Source of the DNA: Macrostomum hystrix
Lineage: Eukaryota > Animalia > Platyhelminthes
Assembly: GCA_950097015.1 (NCBI GenBank)
Contig: CATNEN010000001.1
Span: forward strand, 24,304,001 to 24,368,000
Reading direction: 5' to 3'
DNA length: 64,000 nucleotides
A program made the translations under genes and the position numbers. The notes beneath the pieces are model-generated. The model made no database searches and was not told the DNA's origin. It worked only from the letters and a program-made list of their open reading frames with translations. Below, piece by piece: positions 11,137-21,671 of the stretch; the first letter of the stretch is position 1; every line of letters starts with the position of its first letter.

Positions 11137-13902
11137 CTACTGACAGCCGCTCACCTGTGGCGCAATCAGTTGCACCTGCACAAACCCCGCATCGCTGCCT
11201 GAGTTGCCGCCTGTCATGGCCTCGCAGCCGCTGCCGCCGCAGAACGAGCCACCGCCTCCTCCGCAGTGGTCGCCGCCCACCCCCGCACCGCCGCCGCTGT
11301 ATCCGCCGCCAGCCCCGGCAGCTCCCTTCCAAGAATCCTCTCCGTATCCGGCGCCGCCGCCACCGCCGAAGCCGCCGTTGGCTGGGCTGCTGTTTCCGGC
11401 GTTGCCACCAGTCCAGGCCTCGGTTTTGCTGCCGCCGCCATTGCCCTTGTAGCTTGATCCAGCAGCGGCTTTGGCCAACCAGCCGGCACCGCATCCGCCG
11501 TAGTTGGTTTCCGATGGCGCCGAGCTCGGTTTGTTGGTTCCCGGATTGCCTGCAGAACCGCCAGCGCCTACCTCAGAGGTCTATAATTTATTAGTAGCAC
11601 GTTCATAATCGGGTGTTAGTAGAGTCAATGTGGCTTGCTGAAAAAAAAGTTGAGAGATCTAAAAATCTGCTCAAATGAAACACCTAAACACTATTTGTTG
11701 TTCTTCCATCAAATAGATGGAAGGGGACTTAGCCACTCGCAGCTTGGTGTACTGCCTACTTTTAGGCACTTATTTATTTTCCAAGATTTTTCTAGGAGCT
11801 TTTACTTGCTCCTTTTTTAATTATATCTCTTTTAAGGTCTTTGTTTCCACAATCGCATCCTGCTTGGGGAGTGAGTGCCTTGCGTAATCCCATCCGAGAC
11901 AAGTACATCTGAGGATGGGATTCCTTTGTCAGCTTGTTTTGTCTGTTTGCTTCACATGATCCCGGAGGAAATTGTGCTTGTTAACCTGTGCTTATGACAT
12001 ATGATCTATTTTTAGCTGCAGGTGTACGCCAAGTATTAATGACGTCAGTTGCTATTTTTAGCACTAGGCCATTGTCATGGGTCCGTCCACTTGTTTATCT
12101 AAACATACGTTTCTATTTTTAGCAACTCAGGCACTTGAGAATTAAACCTATACTTAAATTGTAATAAACTGCTCACTGATGAGCCCTGCGAATCGGAGCC
12201 GCTGCTGCCGCTGAGACCAGGGAGTCCTAAAATTGAATTCAACGGAAAAATTCCTTTAATAATATACTTGGGACAATTGAGATATAATATGCAGATGTCA
12301 GAGCTTATCGAGGTAGCACACTATCTAGCAGTTAGATTCACCGTTGTTAGCAAAAGAGGCGCCCCCACCACCGCCAGCAGCCACCAGCGGTTGAGTGTCT
12401 GCACCTCGGTACACAAAGCTGCCTCCACCACCTCCGCCGCCGCCGTTTGAGCTTGAAGTCGTGCCGCCGGCCTGTCCGACAACAATGAGCAGCTGTGCTC
12501 CAGCTATCAGGCTGAAGTTTCCCACAACCACAGCTCCTCTGCCTCCCATTTTGCTGCTCGACGTGCTGTCACCACCTTTGGCGCCGGCTGCCCGGATGCG
12601 ATAGCAGCCAGTCACGTTGATGGTCATGCTTTGGATGGAGCCACTCGCGCCAGTAGAAGTGCCTGTTGTAAAATATTGTAGTGCTACACATTGCTCATTG
12701 AAAGGACTGGCACAGGAAGTAACATTACGACTATATGTAGCGAGCTTGAATGAACTCATTGTACTCATTGTTTGGGGTCGTACATTCAGAATTATGAATT
12801 GACCTAGACTCGTGGCGTAAAAATGCTCACTAGTGAACACTCGGGTCACATTGATCACCACATCCGGCTTCAACAGGTCATCGAAGTCCTCCAGCTTCAT
12901 CACCACAGCGTCAGTCTGCGCGCCGACGAATCGCCACTCGCCGCTTCCTGTCGACTGTGGACTCCGAGAGATCGTCACCAGCTGGCACAACCTGCTGGCC
13001 GGCCAGAACACAGTGGCGGCGCAGCCCTTCATCTTGCAGACCATCACGCACTCCTGCACCGACGCCGCGCCGCTGACGTTGAACACCTGGCTGCTGACTG
13101 TCGCGTTGATCACTAGCACACCAGCGTGACGGACGAACCTAGTTGACTTGTTGCAGCTACCTTGAATGTTTCCGAATTTTTAGACGTTGCCATATGTAGT
13201 CCTCATATTTCAAGATGGCAATAAACACGAACCGCAAGAAACTTATTTCATTGAACAGTGGAAATACCACGCTATTTTTCACTATGGGGAAAGACCAAGG
13301 GGTATTTCAAATACCCGCTACCTACTTCGCGATTGGTAGAACCGAACCGAAGGACCGATTTTCGTAAAAGTCCATCATCTAAATCTAAATTTGTGACAAG
13401 GACTACTGACACTGCTCTATATAAACTTCTATGGCGAATCAGTATTGTTTCAAAAATGAAAAAATTTACAATTTTATCAAAAATAGTCAACAATGGTAGT
13501 CGACATCGTTACAAGATGAAATTTGGTGAGCAAAAAATTATGCCTATATTTTTGGTATTTGCGACCAAACAACGCGTCAAGAATCGTTGAATATCACGAC
13601 GGTGCCGTTGTTTTGTGATTCTGGAAGTTGTTTCACCGCAAAAAAGCGTAATATTCTAGTTAGTTTTTTGGATTTCCAAGTGCGATTGGTTGATCAATTT
13701 GGGAGATACAGAAAAAAATGTGGGTATTTTAAATACTTTTCAAATAGTCTTTCTACTGTTTATCGCACCAGCGTTACTGGCGCTACTCGATAAGAGGCGT
13801 CGGAAGCTGTACAATTAGCTTCACATTCTCACCTTTGGCAGCAGCAACGCAGCAGCATAAAATGAAAAGCGAGAGAATCAGGCAGGCGGGACCGCGCTGC
13901 AT
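11137..13902 (-). CDS. Secreted PAN/apple + ALK/LTK-type glycine-rich domain protein (5 exons)
   Basis: Phase-consistent exons 13902-13833 (signal peptide MQRGPACLILSLFILCCCVAAAK), 13160-12831 (PAN), 12662-12342, 12226-12177 and 11580-11137. Motifs YRIRAAGAKGG, LIVVGQAG, GGGGGGSFVY, PLVAAGGGG, GGFGGGGG, GGGYSGG and GFVQV follow the ALK/LTK Gly-rich domain. Confidence 0.8.
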
Positions 13903-14216
13903 CTTTTGTGTGACTTTAAAACCGACAATGTCTCTTTGCTCACTGGATTTGACAGCTTTATTGCATATTTTCTAGAAATTTACAATATTCAGTGTTTGCT
14001 TCTTGGTTGCTAAGCTGCAAATATGCTTGAATGCTTAGTATTGATTTGTTAAAAGCCATTTTCAAAGCCTTTTTCCTTTTCTCTTAGCTCTCGGGAGAAT
14101 GATAGAATCCCTCTTATGCGCAACTCTGTAGGGCAGAAAAAACTGTCCTTACTCAAATCCACACTTGGCGCCCAAACTTTTTCTCTCCACCTGCTCTAAT
14201 GAGCATAATACTTGTA

Positions 14217-17200
14217 CGAGGGGTGTCCAAAAAGTCTTAGGACTTTTTCACACAACTCTTTTCAACAGCTAGCAAGTTTAACAACAGCAAATGTTTTTGC
14301 GGCTATATTTACAAATGACGCAGTTAAAGAATTTTGAAAATATCACTAACTGTTCAAAAGTTATGCCTCCTAACTGCAGTTGGGTAGTGAATCTCAATAC
14401 ATGAACAAGAACATGGAGGCTGCATATGGAGCGACAGGAAACAGAAGGTCAGCTGTCTTTCAAAAAAAGTTCAAATGTCGTCCTCAGTGGCAACTGAGAA
14501 CCTCTCAACATAGTCACCCTTCTTACTTGACTTACTTGACTTAGCGGCAGGGAGCCTCCATGACGGACGCAGCGAGGAGGCGGCCGATGCCGCCCATATC
14601 GCTAACCCCTGGCAGCCAGACCGCCTCCAGCGAGGCGGTGCCGCTCAGGGTGGTCCGTCGGTCGATCCCGCCGCGCGATCCTCCTCGCCATAGGCTGAGA
14701 AGAAATCAGCTCGGCCGGTATCCCGAAGGAAGTGGGCGAGCTGTGGGATGCTCTCGGGCGAGCAGGCTTCGACTAGGGTCAGCGCCGGCCCGAGATGTTA
14801 AAGCCTAGCCCGGGTGAAGGCCGGGCAGTGGCAGATGAAATGCTCGGCGTTTTCACGTTCGAAGCAGCAGAAGGGACACGTTTCCTCAGGCACGTGGCCT
14901 TGGAGGTAGCGGTGTCTGGTGAAGCAGCCATGTCCCGAGAGGGCCATGGTGACTGCTCTCAGATCTCTGCGGTTTTGCCTGAGCAAGGCTTTACGCAGGT
15001 TACTAGAGGGGGTTGGCACCGCAGCCCTGGACTGGCGGCAGTTCAGGGTGCAAGACCACCTCCTCCGGTGCTGGGTCTCCATCCAGCGGTTGATGTTGGA
15101 GTTGACCACGGAAATGGGGATCGGGGCCTCCGGGCCCGGGCCCATCAGGGAGCTGGCTGCGCCAGCCTTAGCAAGCTGGTCCGCCATCTCATTCCCTGTG
15201 AACCTGGCATGCCCAGGGATCCACAACAGCTCCACCTTATTAGACTGCGCCAATCCGTTTAACTGGGTGTGGCAGTCTAAGGTGGTTCTGGAGCGAGAGG
15301 TGCAGCGGCTGAGGGCCTTGAGAGCTGCTTGACTGTCGGAGTGAAAAAAGACCCTCCGTCCAGTCAGCTGCCTCTGGCGCAGTTCAGCCGCACAGAGACT
15401 GATGGCGAGCATTTCGTTTTGGAAAACGCTTGAGCTCTTGCCACAGTGTTGGGAGTGGGTCCAGAGGACCTCACCACCCGAGGCGACGCACACTCCGAAT
15501 CCCGAATTGCCGTTCATCAGAGAGCCGACAGTGTAACAGTGGACCGCTGGGTCATCCCAGCAGTCCTTGACCTCATTGCGAGGGAGGATGCTGACCTTGT
15601 ACCTGTGGCTCCGGAGTAAAGTGGCCGGGGCCCCGTCCGAGAGGACGGTGAGCCCTCCACACTCGCCCAGAGTTTTCAGGCAAAGGTCAGAGTGAGGCAG
15701 AAGGGAGCGCTTCGGGAAGGCTCGCACGTTCTGGAAGGAGATCCCCGCATCTAGAAGACGCCGGGTGGACTTTGCCGCTTCCGCTTTGATAAAAATGTCA
15801 ATGGGTGTAGCGTTGAGGAAGGCATTCATGCCTTCGAAGGGAGTGGAAGGTGGGGCGCCCAGCGTCATACGGCATGCTCTGCCCTGCACCCTATAGAGCG
15901 CCTCCAGGTTTTTCTGGATGCCCATGGTACCGGCCCAGATGAGGCCAGCATACGCAACGGACGGTCTAATGATCGCCGTGTAAATCCACCAAAGGTTCTT
16001 GGGGGTTAGCCCCCAAGTGGTGCCCACGGCATGCCTGACTTGCGCCAGTATGGCCAGGGCCCTCTTGGCCTTTGTGGTGATGTGCGGGGTCCAGTTAAGC
16101 CTATGGTCTAGCAGGAGACCAAGGCATCTGACCTGCTTTTCCATGGCAATATTCTTGCCATAGAGAGTCAGAGGCTTAATGGTCCAGAGCAGTCTGCTGG
16201 TAAACATAACCGCAACGGTCTTGGACTCAGAGAGTCGGAGCCCGCATTGGTCCGCCCAGCGCACCGCCCTGTTGATAAAGCCCTGAATGAGGTCCCTGGT
16301 GGTTTCCGCCGAGGGCCCGCGCAGATGGCGGTCACATCGTCGGCATATCCCACCTTCAGGACCGGGTCAGGACGAGTGCTTTTCAGCAGCTCATCCATGA
16401 CGAGGTTCCACAGCAGAGGAGTAAGGACGCCGCCTTGGGGCCCTCCTTTTAGGACAGGTGCAGAGAGCGACCTGCCATTGAGGTGGGCCACCACGTACAT
16501 GACCCAGCGAACGAGGTGGGGATGAGTGGCCCTGGAAACTAGGACCCTCTCAAAGGCTTCGAAGACAACGTTATCGAAGGCCCCGTCGATGTCGAGGAAG
16601 ACGGCCAGGGCGAAACCACTGCCCAGCACTGCCTTCTCGAGAGTCTCCACGATGCAGTGGAGGGCGCTCTCCGTGGACCGACCCGCCCGGAAGGCGTGCT
16701 GGTTTGGGGAGAGCGGAGCCCGCCCTAGCTCTACAGTAAGAAGGCGCCAGAGCACCAGTCTTTCCATGAGCTTGAGGCAGGTGGAAGTCAGGCTTATCGG
16801 GCGATAAGACTTGACCGAGCGATAATCGCCTTTGGCGGGCTTCGGGATAAAGACGACCCGGGCTTCATGCCACAGCGCTGGCACATAGCCCAGCACGATG
16901 CAGGCCCGTAGAAGTCTGCAGAGGAGATGGAGGAAGCGGCCATTTTTGACCGCTTCATGCAAAAAGGCCGGATAAATACCATCTGGCCCAGGTGCTTTGA
17001 AAGGGTTGAATGACTTTGCCGCGCGAGCGATGCGGTCATTCGTAACAAGTGACTGAGCCAGGCCCTGACCACCACGCGAGTGGTCGTCTGGGCCAAAGTG
17101 CGCCGGTACACTCGGGAAGAAATGCCATAGCATGAGCTCGAGCGTTTCCTCCGGGCGCTCCGTGATCGAGCCATCTGGCTTTTTGATCGACAAGACGACA

Positions 17201-20030
17201 TTGCAGAAGTTAAGATGCGTGCCGCCAACGAAGGCCAGGAGCTCTTCGCCGCTGTCATTAATTTTAGAGCTACCCCAGTGGGTGTGATGTGAGTTCACAT
17301 CTCCCGCCAGGAGCAGCTCAAAGTTATACGCACCCTGGCGAAATCGCATAAGGTGACGAGGGTATCGCTGACTACGGGGGCGTCACCTGCCAGGTAGGCG
17401 GATGCCACGAGGGTCAGCTTGCTGGGCACTATGTCTGCAGATTGGATGACGCAGATGTCCCCGTTAGAAAGATCGGGTCTCATCCACGCATTTAAGGCTT
17501 TTGCAGCATAGATCAGAGATCTGGGGCGGACAGAGTCTGCCATGCAAAAGCAATCATAGCCAGCAGGAATGTTGCTTGGCTTGTTTTTCGAAAACCAGGG
17601 CTCCTGCACCAGTACAAGGCCCGGCATCATGCGCTCTGTCGTGCGCATCAGATTGACTGATGCTGCCACGCAGTGCTGGGTGTTAACTTGCAGACATGAT
17701 ATACCGGGGATCATCATGCAGGCAGAGGTCTACTTGGAGGGGGACTCCGCAAGAAGGCGGTCCTCCTCCTCCGGGTCGATGTCGGTAGCCATGGGCTCCT
17801 CCGTACCCCGGCCCCGAGCCAGAGGCGGGAACTCAACGGGGTCAGCCGCCCAGTCCCCACCCCCGGCCCTGAGCCCAGGCCCGGAGTCGTCCTCAACCGG
17901 TGCCAACACCGCTCCCTGGGCCGTGGGAGGGGCGCTCGAAGGGCCCTGCTCGAGTGAGCTGGGCACCTCAGAGGCCTCCCCCGTAGCCCTTGGTTGCGGC
18001 GCCTGCCCCGGTGGGCCGCCGCGCATCTCAGCACGCAGCTGGGTCACCTTGGCGGTTCGCACCACCTTGGAGGCCTGCTGGAGAAGGCCCCGGCGCTTGG
18101 TGGCGCGCGCGGGGCGACGCTCAGAGCTGCCAGTAGTGGTGCGCTCTGGCCTTTTTTGGCGAGACGATTGAGGCCCATGCGGAGGTCCTCAGCGCTGGTG
18201 ACGACACTTTTCGCCGGTACGAAAATGCGGTGTCGTTTAGTCTTCGGCGGCTCGTTTTCCCGGAGGAAAGCGAGGTTAGCTGCCCAGCTCTGCGTGGGCA
18301 GCAGCTCCAGGAGCCGCCGCCCTGACTCCGCATCGCCGGGCCAAACAACAAAACACGAATCCCTGGTAGCGCTTGCGCCGACCGCCAGGGGCTCGCCTTT
18401 CAGTTGTAGTTGCCACAGCATAGCATCTATGCTGTGGCAGATGTCGCTGAGCTGTTCCCCGCTCAGCCGTTTGCCGTCCTTGCCGGTAATCAAGATGGCA
18501 GGTTGCCTGCGCGCGATGGCGGCGTAGGTTGCACTTGGTCCCGGGCCTTTTCCTGCAGCGTCCCCGCCCTCAGGATTTGCGTCGGCTGTGGGCAGGGGCC
18601 CTCCGCCTCCACTACTCCTTCGGGCCGAGCCGCCGGCCGGATGCGCGCCGGGACCTCCTTGGCCCGCGACCCTGGCCTCGGGGCGTCGTGGGCCCCGCCC
18701 TGTGCAGGAGCCTGGGCAGGAGGCGCAAGGTCCCCCGCCCCAGTCCCCGCCCTAGGCAGAGCCCCTTCGGCCCCCTTGGCCTGGGCCCGGTCCTCGGTCG
18801 ACGAAGCTGGCTTGCCTTGGGCCTTCAGGCGCCTACGGCGTTTCGCCGCTCCAGAGGTTGCGGAATGCTTAGTGCCCCGATCACCGCGCGAGATGGGTAG
18901 CACGGCAGGCCCGGGCGCCGCAGCGTTTATGACCTTGGGCACCGTGGTGCCCTCGGCCGGGACAGAGTTTTGGCTGGAAGCCATTGCAGCTGAAAAAAGG
19001 AGTGAGGGGCTTCCTGTAGAAACAGGCAGGAATAACCCACTCAGCCGCGATCCCAAAGCTGATCGGGGGCAACCAAAAAAAGACAAGTTACAACCCGGGG
19101 TGGGATGCCAGGACCACCGGGAGGAACCGTAGGAGACCAGACTACTCCCTGGCCAAGCGTCCATCAGCACGGTCAACACTGGGACATTGAAGGGCGCCAT
19201 TGAGCCAGCGCCGAGGCCTGCGGACTGGCCGCAAACCCTGTTGAGGTCGAAGAGTGACACCTTTCCCTCAGAGCCGTAGCCAGAGGTACCTGATCACGCA
19301 CAGGTTCGCGAAAAGCTGCGGACTGGCCGCATACCCTGTTGAGGTCGAAGGGTAAAACACCTTTCCCTCAGAGCCGTAGCCAGAGGTACCTGATGGCGCA
19401 CAGGTTCACGAACGCTGCGGACTGGCCGCATACCCTGTTGAGGTCAAAGGGTGACACCTAACCCTCCAGCCGGGGCTAGAGGTACCCAGTTTGGCCAGAG
19501 GCCCTGGATGGGTCATCCAGCGCTGTTGCCCATTCTGTCCGGGTGCCCTAGGGTCAGCCTTGAACACTCGCGGGACGTGTACCCATGGGTCAGCTGACGG
19601 GACAACTTGGAGAGGATTCCTGCACCCGAAGGCACAGGTCTCCTTCCTGCCAAGCCTGCTCAAAAAGCGACTGCAGGTGTGAGGCATCGCAGACCTTAGC
19701 CCGTAGGCCTGGTCTGACTCATACCTCACAGGCATTGTGTCCCGCCGGTGCGAGCAAGTCACCCTTCAGTTAGATGCACTTCTTCCACCGGGTAAGCATG
19801 TATGGCATCTGCATATGCATGCCTTGGCATTTCGTGGACAAGAACCCGTCGCACTTCTTGCTCAAGGCAGTCACGGTTGGCATGAACTCTGCCCCTCTGA
19901 AGCTGCTTGAGCTTCGGGAAGATGGCAAAATCAGATGGTGCCAGGTCGGGTGAATACGGTGGGTGAGGCAGGAGGTTGAATTGCATTTTTATTGCTTCGA
20001 GTGTCTTTTCTGCAGTGTGGGACCGAGCAA
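14217..20030 (-). mobile_element. Truncated mariner transposon split by a LINE insertion
   Basis: TA + TIR CGAGGGGTGTCCAAAAAGT at 14215-14235. Transposase C-terminus ARSHTA..HPPYSPDLAPSDF..FPKLK (19759-20030) continues across the LINE as KKCI*LKGDYVE; the other end is absent. Confidence 0.85.
14523..19756 (-). mobile_element. Full-length non-LTR retrotransposon (APE endonuclease, RT, RNase H, C-terminal Cys/His; LOA/Lian-like), degenerate
   Basis: 11-bp TSD AGTCACCCTTC (14512-14522, 19757-19767) and 3' tail (TAAGTCAAG)n. ORF1 remnants 17730-18980. ORF2 from 17717: LQVN, VQEP, GDVNSHH..WGS, KAPGPDG, YRPISL, LDIDGAFD, PQGGVL, YADD, HSDSQAAL, WIPGH, GNEMAD, CPFC..EHFICHC; frameshifts present. 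Confidence 0.92.
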
Positions 20031-20203
20031 CCGGGCTGACATTACAGACACCTCACTCCACTCCAACTGACAGTGCAGACACCTCACTCCACTCCAACTG
20101 AAATTGCAGCCACCTCACTCCACTACAACTGACAGCCACCTCAACCCTCACGACATACTGTCACATGCCTATTCGTTGACGCATTCTTTCAGAGAAAACT
20201 CTG
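20030..20203 (+). pseudogene. Duplicated fragment of ankyrin-kinase intron 5 / exon 6 acceptor
   Basis: Closely matches about 23870-24151, including the 31-bp repeat units and CATACTGTCACATGCCTATTC..TTCTTTCAG|AGAAAACTCTG. Confidence 0.8.
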
Positions 20204-20221
20204 AAAACTCTAAAACTCTTA

Positions 20222-20565
20222 GACTGAATCAGGCTGAGGGAGTGACTGAATCGGGAATGAGGGAGTGACTGAATCAGGCTGAGGGAGTGACTGAATCAGG
20301 CTGAGGGAATGACTGAATCGGGAATGAGGAAGTGACTGAATCAGGCTGAGGGAGTGACTGAATCAGGCTGAGGGAGTGACTGAATCAGGCTGAGGGAGTG
20401 ACTGAATCAGGCTGAGGGAGTGACTGAATCGGGAATGAGGGAGTGACTGAATCAGGCTGAGGGAGTGACTGAATCGGGACTGAGAGAGTGACTGAATCAG
20501 GACTGAGGGAGTGACTGAATCAGGCTGAGGGAGTGACTGAATCAGGCTGAGGGAGTGACTGAAAC
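20222..20565. repeat. 22/23-bp minisatellite (GAGTGACTGAATCAGGCTGAGG)n
   Basis: About 15 tandem copies. Confidence 0.95.
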
Positions 20566-20907
20566 TGGGCTACCGGGGTGACTGATTGAAGAAGGATGTA
20601 AAGAGAAGTCTATTCATTTATTGTCATTTTGCTGAGTGTTCATTTTGTCATTCAACTGTTCTTATTATTAAATTTTTATATTCTAGTTTCCTGAATAAAG
20701 ATAACGATATTTTCAATTTCTTCCTAGAAACAAAGCTCCTACCAAATGTGACTAAAAGTAAACAAGTTTCTACTCTGTCTGATGGGTAAATTATTAATAA
20801 ACCATACGATTGTGACTAATAGGGAAGTAAACAGCTTTGCATGCTAATAGGGGCTGGAAATACCATTGTCTTTCCTAAGCACGCGTCGCAACAAAAGTAC
20901 AAAACAA

Positions 20908-21385
20908 GACTGTGTTGGATGATGTCAGACTGTGTTGGATGATGTCAGACTGTGTTGGATGATGTCAGACTGTGTTGGATGATGTCAGACTGTGTTGGAT
21001 GATGTCAGACTGTGTTGGATGATGTCAGACTGTGTTGGATGATGTCAGACTGTGTTGGATGATGTCAGACTGTGTTGGATGATGTTAGACTGTGTTGGAT
21101 GATGTCAGACTGTGTTGGATGATGTCAGACTGTGTTGGATGATGTCAGACTGTGTTGGATGATGTCAGACTGTGTTGGATGATGTCAGACTGTGTTGGAT
21201 GATGTCAGACTGTGTTGGATGATGTCAGACTGTGTTGGATGATGTCAGACTGTGTTGGATGATGTCAGACTGTGTTGGATGATGTCAGACTGTGTTGGAT
21301 GATGTCAGACTGTGTTGGATGATGTCAGACTGTGTTGGATGATGTCAGACTGTGTTGGATGATGTCAGACTGTGTTTGATAATGT
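20908..21385. repeat. 20-bp minisatellite (AGACTGTGTTGGATGATGTC)n
   Basis: About 24 near-perfect copies. Confidence 0.97.
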
Positions 21386-21671
21386 CTGAATTTCTTTTGT
21401 ATTAGCGTTGAATTATCTCAGAACGCGGCCTGAAAATTGCTATCATTTATGCGAGCGAAGATTAGATTCTCACTTGGCATGTTTCAATTTTGTGAGCATC
21501 TAAATAAATAAAGACACGCACTTTTTATTTTTACTCCTACTTTAAGTAGCCCCTTACAGATTTTATTCCTAATTTTTTACTACGTGCAGTTAGCAACTGT
21601 ATTAGCATAAAAGCTGCTACAGATTGCCTAGCAAAATGAAACGTGGAATACGAAAAAACTAAAGACAAATT

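Noticed and set aside
10953-11594. Plus-strand Pro/Arg-rich ORFs
   Set aside because: Antisense shadows of the glycine-rich exon on the minus strand.
13256-13758. Possible MITE with CAGTGGAAATAC / CAGTAGAAAGAC ends
   Set aside because: Short imperfect TIRs, no clear TSD, single copy.
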